A stretch of DNA of 64,000 bases. It comes from a virus. Below, piece by piece: positions 63,648 through 64,000 of the stretch (within the stretch, counting starts at the first letter, position 1; each line of letters begins with the position of its first letter). The notes under the pieces were generated by a model, which searched no databases, was not told where the DNA came from, and was given only the letters and a program-made list of their open reading frames with translations. Location: positions 1-64,000 of IMG/VR virus record IMGVR_UViG_3300045921_000463. One strand, given 5' to 3'. The position numbers and the translations under genes were made by a program.

Positions 63648-64000
63648 TCAGGTCGGAACGTAGAGGCCGAGGTTGTCCACACGAACCACCTGATCTTCCT
63701 GTTCGAGCTTGACATCGAAACGCATCGTAACGACGATGATCAGGACACGTTCGCGGGTATCCTTGTCGTACTCGATCCGCATCTGCCGCTGCATACCCAT
63801 GATGATGTTTTGCGGATCAATGAGAATTGCCTTGTCGTTCGGCATGTTCGGAACGCCGACCATAGGAACGCCGAAGGGCGAGAACGGACCCATGCCGCGA
63901 CCAGTGCCACCGCCCTGACCGCCACCGACAAGAACCGTATCGCCAAGCGCCGTTTGCCGCATCGCAATCTGCAACATGTAGTCAAGCACCCGCGAATGCG
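63648..64000 (-). CDS. Major capsid protein, C-terminal part (HK97 fold; truncated by the window edge)
   Basis: RQTALGD, FGVPMV.VP.MP, P.NIIMG.QR..RIE, T.RFD; frame open to the edge. Confidence 0.85.
   Translation of the reverse strand, partial: HSRVLDYMLQIAMRQTALGDTVLVGGGQGGGTGRGMGPFSPFGVPMVGVPNMPNDKAILIDPQNIIMGMQRQMRIEYDKDTRERVLIIVVTMRFDVKLEQEDQVVRVDNLGLYVPT

Overview
The window is about 64 kb of a long-tailed (siphovirus-type) dsDNA phage genome. The host is probably an alphaproteobacterium (Rhodobacterales-like), judged from the RcGTA-like tail-tip genes, the DUF853 N-terminus and the tRNA-Ile2 type. Essentially every real gene lies on the minus strand. Reading in the transcription direction (right to left): end of the major capsid gene; head-tail and tail genes (tail chaperone with a clear -1 frameshift, tape measure, two tandem DUF2460 genes, DUF2163, NlpC/P60, megatron, DUF2793 fibre); lysis genes; a Dcm-like methyltransferase; a Ycf46-like AAA / DUF1257 / DUF2997 module with tRNA-Arg; a replication block (initiator-like gene, palindrome-rich putative origin, degenerate DnaC-like gene, DnaB, intein-containing PolA with a UDG-like N-terminus, ThyX, primase, SSB, SF2 helicase); a recombination block (RecA, Hjc-like, Cas4-like, RuvC-like); and many small accessory genes including a DUF853/HerA-like ATPase and tRNA-Ile2. 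The window ends in a repeat-rich, G-tract putative genome terminus. The most notable unexplained signals are: (1) a dispersed TATAAC-N1-3-GTTATA palindrome with about 25 copies, mostly at gene junctions; (2) a shared basic M-[AV]-I-[KR]-[KR] or C-terminal K/R tag on many unrelated proteins; (3) the Ycf46/Ycf35/DUF2997 module behind a leader terminator; (4) an origin that appears to split the initiator, preceded by a probable counter-transcribed RNA. Family names come from motif recognition by eye, not from database searches.
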